Below are positions 9,809 through 18,380 of a stretch of 64,000 nt of DNA, piece after piece (positions within the stretch are counted from its first letter, which is position 1; every line of letters starts with the position of its first letter). The DNA is from Bacteroidota bacterium (lineage in GTDB: Bacteria > Bacteroidota > Bacteroidia > NS11-12g > UBA9320), in assembly GCA_024679565.1 (NCBI GenBank), contig JAIBDD010000010.1, positions 29,396-93,395 on the forward strand, given 5' to 3'. The notes under the pieces were generated by a model that saw only the letters and a program-made list of their open reading frames with translations, was not told the DNA's origin and did not search any database. A program made the position numbers and the translations under genes.

Positions 9809-10642
9809 TCAAGGTATCCACTTGTCTTTACCGAAGTCTGGTTTTCGTTTCTCAAGAAATGCGTTACGGCCTTCTTTCGCTTCATCAGTCATATAGGCTA
9901 GTCGCGTTGCCTCTCCTGCAAAAACCTGCTGCCCAACCATACCATCGTCAGTCAGGTTCATGGCAAACTTTAACATTTTGATACTTGTTGGTGATTTGGC
10001 CAACACTTCTTGCGCCCATTGATAGGCAGTGTCTTCCAATTCTTTGTGGGGCACAACGGCATTTACCATTCCCATTTCGTATGCTTCTTGGGCATTGTAG
10101 TTTCTGCCCAAAAAGAATATTTCACGTGCTTTCTTTTGACCAACCATTTTAGCCAAGTAAGCAGAGCCGTATCCACCATCAAAACTTGTGACGTCGGCAT
10201 CCGTTTGTTTAAAAATAGCGTGTTCCTTGCTGGCTAAGGTCATGTCACATACCACATGTAAACTATGTCCTCCACCTACAGCCCATCCTGGCACTACAGC
10301 GATTACAACCTTTGGCATAAAACGTATGAGTCGTTGAACGTCTAAAATATTTAGTCGGTGGTAATTGTCGTCTCCAACATAACCCTGGTGTCCACGGGCT
10401 TTTTGGTCGCCACCACTGCAAAACGAGTAAACCCCATCTTTGGTGCTTGGGCCTTCTGCCGAAAGCAAAACAACACCTATGCTTGTGTCTTCTTGTGCAT
10501 CGTGAAATGCATCTAGCAGCTCACTTGTCGTTTTTGGTCGGAAGGCATTACGCACATCCGGACGGTTAAAAGCAATTCGTGCTACTCCATCACATTTTTT
10601 GTAGGTGATGTCTTCGTATTCTTTAACGGTTTCCCAGATCAT
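9809..10642 (-). CDS. menB: 1,4-dihydroxy-2-naphthoyl-CoA synthase
   Basis: NRPDVRNAFRP, FCSGGDQ, GWAVGGGH, SFDGGYG, EGRNAFLEKR. Confidence 0.96.
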   Translation of the reverse strand: MIWETVKEYEDITYKKCDGVARIAFNRPDVRNAFRPKTTSELLDAFHDAQEDTSIGVVLLSAEGPSTKDGVYSFCSGGDQKARGHQGYVGDDNYHRLNILDVQRLIRFMPKVVIAVVPGWAVGGGHSLHVVCDMTLASKEHAIFKQTDADVTSFDGGYGSAYLAKMVGQKKAREIFFLGRNYNAQEAYEMGMVNAVVPHKELEDTAYQWAQEVLAKSPTSIKMLKFAMNLTDDGMVGQQVFAGEATRLAYMTDEAKEGRNAFLEKRKPDFGKDKWIP

Positions 10643-10676
10643 ATTTCTTTGAAAAAGTGTTTGGCAAATGTAAAGC

Positions 10677-10856
10677 CAATTAATAATTAACGATTAATAA
10701 TTAACAAGGTTGAATGGTGCCTTTAAAGAGCATTTATTTCTAGGAATTAGGGGCGAGTCAATAGGAGAAAGCATGTCAAAATCTAATGTGGTTCCGCAGA
10801 TTAAATGTCAATTATCAATTCTTAACTTTCAATTAATAATTATTAATCATCAATTG
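10677..10856. repeat. Two heptamer arrays in inverted orientation flanking a 96-bp spacer
   Basis: CAATTAA TAATTAA CGATTAA TAATTAA at 10677-10704; eight roughly TYAATTN units at 10801-10856, the reverse complement of the first consensus. Confidence 0.7.
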
Positions 10857-10857
10857 T

Positions 10858-11724
10858 TCATTCAAGTATGTCTTCCACATTTGCTTTGATTTTGCCACAT
10901 AATTCATCCAACGGTAAATCATTATCATCTTTGCCAAAAGGGTCTTCAATTTCTTCTGCCAAAAGTTCCATGCTTACCAGTACATAAAAGATAAAAACAG
11001 AAATCAGTATGGTGCCATATTGGAAAGTGGAAACGAATCCAATCGGAAGCGTAACTACATATATAAATATAAACTTCTTCAAAAAGATGCTGTAGGAATA
11101 GGGCATCGGTGTGTTAAGTATGCGCTCGCAAGCCCCAGTAATATTCGAAAAGTTGTTGAGGTTGGTATCCAAGGTTAGGTAATCGTTGTCGGAGATGCTG
11201 TTCTCTTTTAACATCTTTTGAAGCCGGCCGTACATCTTTTGAGCAACGTGGCTAGGCTTGTGTGAAGAATCATTGAACCGCTTAAGTTCTACATCATTCA
11301 TACTGTGAGGCAACTCGTCCTGTTGTTTTCGTAGGTGCCATTTTAGTGTATATACGTAGTCTACAATAGCCTGTTTGAAGAATGCCCTGTCTTCTTCATT
11401 GCCTCGTGATACAGATACCTTCAAGGCTAAACTGCGTGTGTCATTTACCAGTTCACCCCATTTTTTGCGTCCTTCCCACCAGCGGTCGTAGGCCGTGTTG
11501 GTTCTAAAAACCAACAAAAGAGAAAGTACAAATCCAATGAGTGAGTATACGGCAATGGCATCCTTAAAAATATGGAGGTCTTCCATGTATTTGAGCTCGA
11601 CATAGGTTAAGCCAAAAACGAATAAAGAGAGAATGATCATCTCAGGCAGCAAAACGCGTAGCGTATCGCCTTTCGTAAATTTAAAAATGTGCCTGAACCA
11701 AATTTTGGGGTTGTACTTAATCAT
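10858..11724 (-). CDS. Bestrophin-family (YneE-like) ion channel
   Basis: LLVFRTNTAYDRWWEGRK, GACERILNTP, EIEDPFG.D.NDLP; ATG at 11724 preferred. Confidence 0.92.
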   Translation of the reverse strand: MIKYNPKIWFRHIFKFTKGDTLRVLLPEMIILSLFVFGLTYVELKYMEDLHIFKDAIAVYSLIGFVLSLLLVFRTNTAYDRWWEGRKKWGELVNDTRSLALKVSVSRGNEEDRAFFKQAIVDYVYTLKWHLRKQQDELPHSMNDVELKRFNDSSHKPSHVAQKMYGRLQKMLKENSISDNDYLTLDTNLNNFSNITGACERILNTPMPYSYSIFLKKFIFIYVVTLPIGFVSTFQYGTILISVFIFYVLVSMELLAEEIEDPFGKDDNDLPLDELCGKIKANVEDILE

Positions 11725-11792
11725 GTTGGACAAAAATAGTAGAAGGAATGAAAACCCATAATGAAAACTGCATTTGGGCGTTATCTTTGAAT

Positions 11793-12791
11793 ATGCAGTT
11801 CAGGCAATCAATCGTTTTTATTTTTCTAATTCTGGGTCCATTTTCTGCTGCATTTTGTCAAGACGAGATTGTATTTACTTACGAGAATCCATTTTATGAA
11901 GACTGTCGTCTCGTAGATCAACCTACACATCAGTACATCAAAAACAACGACATTAAATACCTCAAAAAAACCATTAAAATAGGTCGCGATATAGCCCATG
12001 TTACTCAGCATTTTTACAACGAAAGGGCGGTCTTAGATTCTGTCGTAGAAACAAATGAAACAGGAGAGAAAAAATTATCCGTTTATACGTATGACTCTCT
12101 TTTTAGGTTAACATCAAAAATTGATTCTTTTAAAAATAAAACAGGATGGGACAGCCTATTCGTGCATCATTGGATTTATGGAGAAAGCGGGACCATTCAA
12201 CGTATTGAACAAGGCTGGTCTTTTTTTGATCAACCTGATTTTCAGAGATATACGTTTATGCCAACCATCATTTTTGATACAGTAATCAGCGATATGGTTA
12301 GGTATAAAATGGTAGGACCAATGCTCGATGAGCAGGCTAAACTCATGGTTGATAAGGATCCCACTTTGCTTTGGGTAAGGGATGGTAGACTTGTTTTGTA
12401 TGGAACTGATTCTGTGTATTCATCCATCGATGTATCCGACATTGGGGATGAATATGAAATGAGGTATCACTTGTATAAAGGCGATAGTGTAACCTTAATG
12501 CGCATTAGTCGGTACGACATTAAGTGGCAAATAAAAGCCAGTAAGGTGTTTTACAAAGGCGAGTGGGTGTTGTTGCAAGATCACCGTTATGATAGAAGTG
12601 GGTATGAGCTGATGAATACAAAATATGATCCGGTTTCTGGTATTAAATCGACAACCACATTCATCCGCGATCAAGCAAACGGCAGAATTGATAAAGAACT
12701 TTCGCCGGTAACCTATACTACCTTAGAAGGAAAGCCACCGCGAATTTCTGTTACAGAAGTAACATATTTCTACTCCTCACATATAGAGTAA
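11793..12791 (+). CDS. Exported hypothetical protein with Tyr-rich beta repeats
   Basis: Signal peptide from the ATG at 11793 (TATCTTTG box 3 nt upstream); recurrent YxYD-like segments; family not recognised. Confidence 0.6.
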   Translation: MQFRQSIVFIFLILGPFSAAFCQDEIVFTYENPFYEDCRLVDQPTHQYIKNNDIKYLKKTIKIGRDIAHVTQHFYNERAVLDSVVETNETGEKKLSVYTYDSLFRLTSKIDSFKNKTGWDSLFVHHWIYGESGTIQRIEQGWSFFDQPDFQRYTFMPTIIFDTVISDMVRYKMVGPMLDEQAKLMVDKDPTLLWVRDGRLVLYGTDSVYSSIDVSDIGDEYEMRYHLYKGDSVTLMRISRYDIKWQIKASKVFYKGEWVLLQDHRYDRSGYELMNTKYDPVSGIKSTTTFIRDQANGRIDKELSPVTYTTLEGKPPRISVTEVTYFYSSHIE

Positions 12792-12809
12792 CGGCTTAAC
12801 AAGGTTGGG

Positions 12810-15800
12810 TTACATATTTCTTCTGTATTGCCCACCAACTTCAAACAGCGCTTCGGTAATTTCTCCTAACGAGCAATATTTACATACTTCCATGAGCTTG
12901 TCAAACACGTTTTCGTTTCGTAAAGCACTTTGTTGTAAGTTTTTTAGTAGGTCTTTTGATTCACCTTCGTTTCTCTTATGTAGTGACGTCAAGGTGTCTA
13001 TCTGTAATTCCTTTTCTTCTGTTGTTGCGCGAATAACTTCTTTGGGTAAGATGGTAGGCGAACCTTTGCTGCTTAGGAATGTATTTACACCAATGATCGG
13101 GAATTCTCCTGTGTGTTTTAGGGTTTCATAATACAGGCTTTCTTCTTGAATTTTAGAACGTTGGTACATGGTTTCCATGGCACCAAGTACACCACCTCTG
13201 TCTGTTATTTTGTCAAATTCAGTCAAAACAGCTTCCTCTACCAAGTCGGTCAATTCTTCAATGATAAAAGAACCTTGTAATGGGTTTTCGTTTTTCGCTA
13301 AACCAAGTTCACGGTTTATAATTAACTGAATGGCGACAGCCCTTCTTACACTTTCTTCGGTTGGCGTAGTAATAGCCTCATCATAGGCATTGGTATGCAG
13401 GCTGTTGCAGTTGTCGTAAATGGCGTAAAGTGCTTGTAGTGTGGTGCGTATGTCGTTAAAATCTATTTCTTGTGCGTGCAAACTGCGACCACTTGTTTGA
13501 ATATGATACTTCAACATTTGACTTCGTTCGTCAGCACCATATTTGAGTTTCATGGCTTTTGCCCATATGCGTCTTGCCACACGTCCAATCACGGCATATT
13601 CTGGGTCAATACCGTTCGAAAAGAAGAACGACAAGTTTGGACCAAAGTCGTTTATATCCATGCCACGACTCAAGTAATATTCTACGTAAGTGAATCCGTT
13701 GGCAAGTGTGAATGCAAGTTGGGAAATCGGATTCGCGCCAGCTTCAGCGATGTGGTATCCTGATATCGAAACTGAATAAAAGTTTCTAACCTTGCTCTGG
13801 ATGAAATATTCTTGTACATCACCCATTAAGCGCAATGCAAATTCAGTAGAGAAGATGCACGTATTTTGTGCTTGATCTTCTTTTAATATGTCTGCTTGAA
13901 CAGTACCACGAACCTGACTTAAAGTCTTGTTTTTTAATTCATTATATATGTCTGCTGGCAATACCTTGTCGCCCGTTAGGCCTAATAGCATTAAGCCAAG
14001 ACCATCATTACCTTCAGGTAGCTCACCATTGTATGTCGGTTGAGCTGTACCCTTGACTTTAAAGTAGTCCGAAATGTTTGTTTTAACGTCTGCTTCAAGG
14101 TTATTTTCCTTTATGTACAGTTCACATTGCTGGTCAATGGCAGCGTTCATGAAATATCCCAATAACATGGGAGCCGGGCCGTTTATGGTCATAGAAACCG
14201 ACGTCATTTGATGTGCCAAATTAAAGCCTGAGTATAGCTTTTTGGCGTCATCCAAACAGCAAATGCTAACGCCAGCGTTACCTATTTTGCCATAGATGTC
14301 AGGCCTGTAGTCTGGATCATTACCGTATAAAGTAACTGAGTCAAATGCGGTGCTCAATCGTTTGGCTGGCATGTCGCTACTTAGGTAATGAAAACGCTTG
14401 TTGGTTCTTTCGGGTCCACCTTCTCCGGCGAACATCCGTGTTGGGTCTTCACCTTGTCTCTTAAAAGGATAAATGCCTGCTGTGTACGGGAACTTGCCTG
14501 GTACGTTTTCCTGTAAATTCCATTGTAAAACGTCTCCCCAAGCTTCATATTTAGGCAACGATACCTTGCTGATTTTTTGGTGAGATAGAGATGTTGTTTT
14601 TGTCTCTACTTTAATTTCTTTATTACGAACAAAGTAGGAGTAAATATCATTGGCGTAGGCCTCTTTAACTTTAGGCCATTCATCCAACAATACCTGTAAT
14701 TTAGGGTCAAAATCTAATGAAACCTTTGCGTAGGTTTCGTCCAAATCTTTGATAATACGGTCAGCGTCTGAAACAGCTGTCTCACGTATCGTCTCGATTG
14801 TTTTTCGAATGCCGAATAGTTTCTGTGCGATACCGGCTTGTGTTTTAGCCCATTTGTCGTAGCCTCTGTTGTTCTCTGAAATCTCAGACAGGTATCTTAC
14901 GCGCTGTGGCGGTATGATGTATATTTTTTCCGATTCTGACACCTCTTCTCCATATGAAGAAGTAAACGTCGATTTTGTGTTAGAATTTATTGTGTCAATC
15001 AATGTGCCATATAGGGCATTGACACCAGGGTCGTTAAACTGACTGGCAATCGTGCCATAAACCGGCATATCGTCCACATTCGCTTCGAATAATTTATGAT
15101 TGCGTTGAAATTGCTTCTTTACGTCGCGGAGCGCATCTAGTGCTCCACGCTTGTCAAATTTGTTAATGGCAATAACATCGGCAAAATCGAGCATGTCGAT
15201 TTTTTCTAGTTGTGTTGCGGCACCGTATTCAGGTGTCATCACATACAAGCTAACGTCACTATGGTCGGTTATTTCTGTATCGCTTTGGCCAATCCCAGAG
15301 GTTTCTAGGATGATTAAGTCATAACCAGCAACCTTAAGTATGTCTTTCGCTGTATCAATGTGAGCCGATAAAGCTAAATTGGCTTGACGGGTTGCTAAAG
15401 AACGCATGTATACACGTTCATTACGTATGCTGTTCATGCGAATTCTATCTCCAAGCAAAGCACCTCCAGTCTTTCTTTTACTTGGGTCTACAGAGATAAT
15501 GGCAATTGATTTGTCTGAGAAGTCGTTTAGAAATCTACGCACCAATTCATCAACCAAACTACTCTTTCCTGCACCGCCTGTTCCTGTTATTCCCAATACG
15601 GGAGTCGTAATCGATTGAGCCTCAGACTTTATCGATTCAAGTAAGTCTTTATTTTCTTCAGGGAAGTTCTCTGCCGCAGAAATGACACGTGCAATAGACA
15701 TTTTATTCTGCTTACGGAATGATTCTACTTCTCCATTTAGGCCATAACCCGTTGGGTAATCAGATTGTTCAACTAAATCATTAATCATTCCTTGAAGACC

Positions 15801-16190
15801 CATTGATCTTCCATCGTCTGGATGATAGATCTTAGTTATTCCATACGCTTGTAGGTCTGCAATTTCTGAGGGAAGAATTGTACCCCCGCCGCCGCCAAAC
15901 AATTTGATGTGGCTCGCACCTTTTTCTTTAAGTAGGTCGTACATATACTTAAAGTATTCATTATGACCACCTTGGTAGCTGGTCATTGCAATAGCGTTTG
16001 CATCTTCCTGTATTGCGGTATTCACTACTTCTTCGGCGCTTCTGTCGTGCCCTAAGTGTATGACTTCGCAACCCGTTGATTGTATGATGCGTCGCATAAC
16101 GTTGATTGCTGCGTCATGTCCATCAAATAGTGATGCTGCAGTAACAATCCGAACTTTATTTTTGGGTATGTAGGGAGACTGATTTTCCAT
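12810..16190 (-). CDS. icmF: Fused isobutyryl-CoA mutase (B12-binding + MeaB-like GTPase + mutase)
   Basis: [11 protein letters not shown]12-binding motif, GTGGAGKS P-loop, VDPS...[33 protein letters not shown]; ATG at 16190 with its own TATCTTTG box at 16209-16216. Confidence 0.93.
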   Translation of the reverse strand: MENQSPYIPKNKVRIVTAASLFDGHDAAINVMRRIIQSTGCEVIHLGHDRSAEEVVNTAIQEDANAIAMTSYQGGHNEYFKYMYDLLKEKGASHIKLFGGGGGTILPSEIADLQAYGITKIYHPDDGRSMGLQGMINDLVEQSDYPTGYGLNGEVESFRKQNKMSIARVISAAENFPEENKDLLESIKSEAQSITTPVLGITGTGGAGKSSLVDELVRRFLNDFSDKSIAIISVDPSKRKTGGALLGDRIRMNSIRNERVYMRSLATRQANLALSAHIDTAKDILKVAGYDLIILETSGIGQSDTEITDHSDVSLYVMTPEYGAATQLEKIDMLDFADVIAINKFDKRGALDALRDVKKQFQRNHKLFEANVDDMPVYGTIASQFNDPGVNALYGTLIDTINSNTKSTFTSSYGEEVSESEKIYIIPPQRVRYLSEISENNRGYDKWAKTQAGIAQKLFGIRKTIETIRETAVSDADRIIKDLDETYAKVSLDFDPKLQVLLDEWPKVKEAYANDIYSYFVRNKEIKVETKTTSLSHQKISKVSLPKYEAWGDVLQWNLQENVPGKFPYTAGIYPFKRQGEDPTRMFAGEGGPERTNKRFHYLSSDMPAKRLSTAFDSVTLYGNDPDYRPDIYGKIGNAGVSICCLDDAKKLYSGFNLAHQMTSVSMTINGPAPMLLGYFMNAAIDQQCELYIKENNLEADVKTNISDYFKVKGTAQPTYNGELPEGNDGLGLMLLGLTGDKVLPADIYNELKNKTLSQVRGTVQADILKEDQAQNTCIFSTEFALRLMGDVQEYFIQSKVRNFYSVSISGYHIAEAGANPISQLAFTLANGFTYVEYYLSRGMDINDFGPNLSFFFSNGIDPEYAVIGRVARRIWAKAMKLKYGADERSQMLKYHIQTSGRSLHAQEIDFNDIRTTLQALYAIYDNCNSLHTNAYDEAITTPTEESVRRAVAIQLIINRELGLAKNENPLQGSFIIEELTDLVEEAVLTEFDKITDRGGVLGAMETMYQRSKIQEESLYYETLKHTGEFPIIGVNTFLSSKGSPTILPKEVIRATTEEKELQIDTLTSLHKRNEGESKDLLKNLQQSALRNENVFDKLMEVCKYCSLGEITEALFEVGGQYRRNM

Positions 16191-16235
16191 AATTACAAAA
16201 GCGAGTGGCAAAGATATTCTTTTCGGATTTGACAT

Positions 16236-16268
16236 AAAAGAAAAGGCCGCTTAGTTAAAGCGGCCTTT
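16236..16268 (-). terminator. Intrinsic terminator of candidate sRNA copy 1
   Basis: 11-bp stem AAAGGCCGCTT/AAGCGGCCTTT, read on the minus strand as ...GCGGCC-UUUUCUUUU. Confidence 0.85.
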
Positions 16269-16377
16269 AAGCTCTTAATTAGAGCATGGTAGTACTTAGT
16301 GGTTAGTTTTACTTGTCCCTTACGGGCTTAAGCTAATAGTAGTACAAATAGTAAAAACAGAATTTTAAATAATTTTC

Positions 16378-16418
16378 AAGTAGTAAGTAATAAGTAGTGT
16401 AGTGTAGTATTTATCAAA
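16378..16418. repeat. 41-nt direct repeat, copy 1 (40/41 identical to 16763-16803)
   Basis: AAGTAGTAAGTAATAAGTAGTGTAGTGTAGTATTTATCAAA. Confidence 0.95.
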
Positions 16419-16457
16419 TGTTTTAATTTCTTTGTTCGTGTTGAACGATTTACATAT

Positions 16458-16473
16458 TGCAATGCGTGTGCCA
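16458..16473 (-). promoter_or_regulatory. sigma54 (RpoN) -24/-12 promoter
   Basis: Minus strand TGGCAC-ACGCA-TTGCA with canonical GG-N10-GC spacing. Confidence 0.8.
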
Positions 16474-16515
16474 ACGAATATGTAAATGGTGTAAAAAGTA
16501 TGTTAAAATATTGTT

Positions 16516-16528
16516 AATCAATGACTTA
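16516..16528 (+). promoter_or_regulatory. IHF-consensus site upstream of sigma54 promoter 1
   Basis: AATCAATGACTTA matches WATCAANNNNTTR; the equivalent site lies at the same distance in copy 2. Confidence 0.5.
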
Positions 16529-16642
16529 AAATGTTGTTTTGTTATTTGCAATGGTATGCCAACAATAGGAATATGATTCATAATGGGATTTAATTATCAA
16601 AAGTATAATTAGTCTCGAATTCAACAAAAATGTCATGAAATG

Positions 16643-16669
16643 AAAAAGCCACCTGGTGAGGTGGCTTTT
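16643..16669 (-). terminator. Intrinsic terminator of candidate sRNA copy 2
   Basis: 11-bp stem AAAAGCCACCT/AGGTGGCTTTT with 4-nt loop; U-tract on the minus strand (could act bidirectionally). Confidence 0.85.
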
Positions 16670-16762
16670 CTGCTCGAGTTGAGCGATGGTTAATAATAAA
16701 GTTAAATTAATTTAAAACGCTTGTCGTTTTTGTTTAGTAGTAGATCAGTAATTAATAACTTT

Positions 16763-16803
16763 AAGTAGTAAGTAATAAGTAGTGTAGTATAGTATTTATC
16801 AAA
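16763..16803. repeat. 41-nt direct repeat, copy 2
   Basis: AAGTAGTAAGTAATAAGTAGTGTAGTATAGTATTTATCAAA. Confidence 0.95.
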
Positions 16804-16837
16804 AGTCTTTATCGATCATTCGATGTGATATGTATAT

Positions 16838-16853
16838 TCCAATACTTGTGCCA
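16838..16853 (-). promoter_or_regulatory. sigma54 (RpoN) -24/-12 promoter (variant -12)
   Basis: Minus strand TGGCAC-AAGTA-TTGGA; positionally equivalent to the copy 1 promoter. Confidence 0.65.
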
Positions 16854-16894
16854 CAACCAGGATGTCGGAATTACCTTTGAGTTAAAAGACTTAT

Positions 16895-16907
16895 AATCAA
16901 TGTATTG
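16895..16907 (+). promoter_or_regulatory. IHF-consensus site upstream of sigma54 promoter 2
   Basis: AATCAATGTATTG matches WATCAANNNNTTR. Confidence 0.5.
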
Positions 16908-17042
16908 GTGTTTTATATTTCGTTTTGGCACACTGTTACATATATTGGATATTTTCCCAAAAAGTATAAATAGTATCAAAAAGAGACAATATTCTTGTGA
17001 TTTTGAGGTTTCACGTATTCCATTTTTTTGCACCTTTGCCCG

Positions 17043-18380
17043 ATGTACATACTAAAAGGATTATTTGGCCTTATCGTACTATTGGCCATTGCGTTTATTT
17101 CAAGTAGTCATAGAAAATCAATCAACTGGCGTTTGGTTTTGTCTGGCGTTGGTATGCAATTGATTTTAGCACTCCTAATTTTTAAAGTACCTGGTTTTGA
17201 TAAAGTATTTGAAATATTAGCTGCATCCTTTACCAAATTGTTGTCGTTTACCGATGAAGGGGCTCAGTTCATTTTCGGGAAATGGCCTGATGTTGCGCAA
17301 TTATTTTCAATGGAAAATGTAAACGGCAATCCAACCCAGGTAACACATACCATCGGATATGTTTTTGCTTTTAAAGTTTTGCCAACCATTGTTTTCTTTT
17401 CTGCGCTTACGTCTTTATTGTACTATTTAGGGGTCCTACAAAAAATAGTTTACGGTTTTGCCTGGATATTGAGCAAGACCATGCGTTTAAGTGGAGCAGA
17501 AAGTCTTGCAGCCGCAGCCAACGTATTTGTTGGTCAAACCGAAGCTCCCCTTGTTGTTAAGCCTTATATTAAAAGCATGACTAAGTCTGAGATACTTTGT
17601 CTTATGACTGGAGGTATGGCAACGATTGCGGGTGGGGTATTTGCCGCCTTTATTGGTTTGCTTGGAGGTGATAGTATTGAAATGCAGCAGATGTTTGCTA
17701 AACACTTGTTAACGGCGTCAGTATTGAGTGCGCCAGCAGCAATCGTATTCAGTAAAATGTTACTTCCAGAAAAGGAAAACGTTGATAAGAACCTAAATAT
17801 AGACAAAACCAAAATTGGGAGTGGGCCATTGGAGGCAATTTCTAACGGAACAACTGAGGGTATCAAGCTAGCCGTTAACGTTGGAGGAATGATCCTTGTC
17901 TTTTTGGCATTCATCGCAATGATTAATTATTTGCTGGCGAATGTTATTGGTCATCATACGGGGTTAAATGAGTGGGTAAAAGCTGTTAGTGACGGCACAT
18001 ATACAGAGTTTAAATTGCAGATGATATTAGGGTATGTATTTGCACCCGTGGCTTGGGTAATTGGAATCCCATGGAATGATACACTACTCGCGGGTCAGTT
18101 GCTAGGAGAAAAAACAGTGATTAACGAATTCATTGCGTATATCTCTTTGGGGAATATGCAATCCAATGGTTTAATAGCCAACAATAGAACAGTGGTCATC
18201 ATGACCTACGCACTTTGTGGGTTTTCAAATTTTGCTTCTATAGGTATTCAAATTGGTGGAATTGGTACCATCGCCCCAAATCAACGCCCAACCTTGGCAA
18301 AACTAGGTATGCGGGCTTTATTGGGTGGTACATTAGCCTGCCTAATGACAGCAGCAGTTGCAGGCATCTTCTATGGCTAA
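17043..18380 (+). CDS. Concentrative nucleoside transporter (CNT/NupC family)
   Basis: VLPTIVFFSAL, ANVFVGQTEAP, GMATIAG, KTVINEFIAY, ALCGFSNFASIGI; ATG at 17043 preferred. Confidence 0.93.
   Translation: MYILKGLFGLIVLLAIAFISSSHRKSINWRLVLSGVGMQLILALLIFKVPGFDKVFEILAASFTKLLSFTDEGAQFIFGKWPDVAQLFSMENVNGNPTQVTHTIGYVFAFKVLPTIVFFSALTSLLYYLGVLQKIVYGFAWILSKTMRLSGAESLAAAANVFVGQTEAPLVVKPYIKSMTKSEILCLMTGGMATIAGGVFAAFIGLLGGDSIEMQQMFAKHLLTASVLSAPAAIVFSKMLLPEKENVDKNLNIDKTKIGSGPLEAISNGTTEGIKLAVNVGGMILVFLAFIAMINYLLANVIGHHTGLNEWVKAVSDGTYTEFKLQMILGYVFAPVAWVIGIPWNDTLLAGQLLGEKTVINEFIAYISLGNMQSNGLIANNRTVVIMTYALCGFSNFASIGIQIGGIGTIAPNQRPTLAKLGMRALLGGTLACLMTAAVAGIFYG

Larger units (their letters stand above)
16236..16447 (-). 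ncRNA. Candidate sigma54-dependent small RNA, copy 1 (about 210 nt)
   Basis: -24/-12 promoter at 16458-16473; 5' hairpin 16434-16446; ACUAC-rich core 16378-16418; CCC-GUAA-GGG hairpin; GCUCU/AGAGC hairpin; terminator 16236-16268; no long ORF. Ends are inferred. Confidence 0.7.
16638..16827 (-). ncRNA. Candidate sigma54-dependent small RNA, copy 2 (about 190 nt)
   Basis: -24/-12 promoter at 16838-16853; 5' hairpin 16811-16824; core 16763-16803; AAAACG/CGTTTT hairpin; GCUC/GAGC hairpin; terminator 16643-16669. Ends are inferred. Confidence 0.7.

Noticed and set aside
16191-16450. Cobalamin riboswitch or attenuator leader for B12-dependent icmF
   Set aside because: No recognisable B12-box or GGGAA core, the RNA strand is very G-poor, and icmF has its own -7 box downstream of the terminator. 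Read-through cannot be fully excluded.
16547-16561. Third sigma54 promoter (TGGCAT-ACCA-TTGCA, minus strand)
   Set aside because: GG-to-GC spacing is 9 nt rather than the required 10; reinterpreted as a candidate activator site.
16378-16803. CRISPR array (41-nt direct repeats)
   Set aside because: Only two copies, 344 nt apart, non-palindromic and low-complexity, with no cas genes in the window.
16809-17033. 74-aa minus-strand ORF from the track
   Set aside because: Runs across the promoter elements of sRNA copy 2, has no counterpart in copy 1 and no protein-like features.
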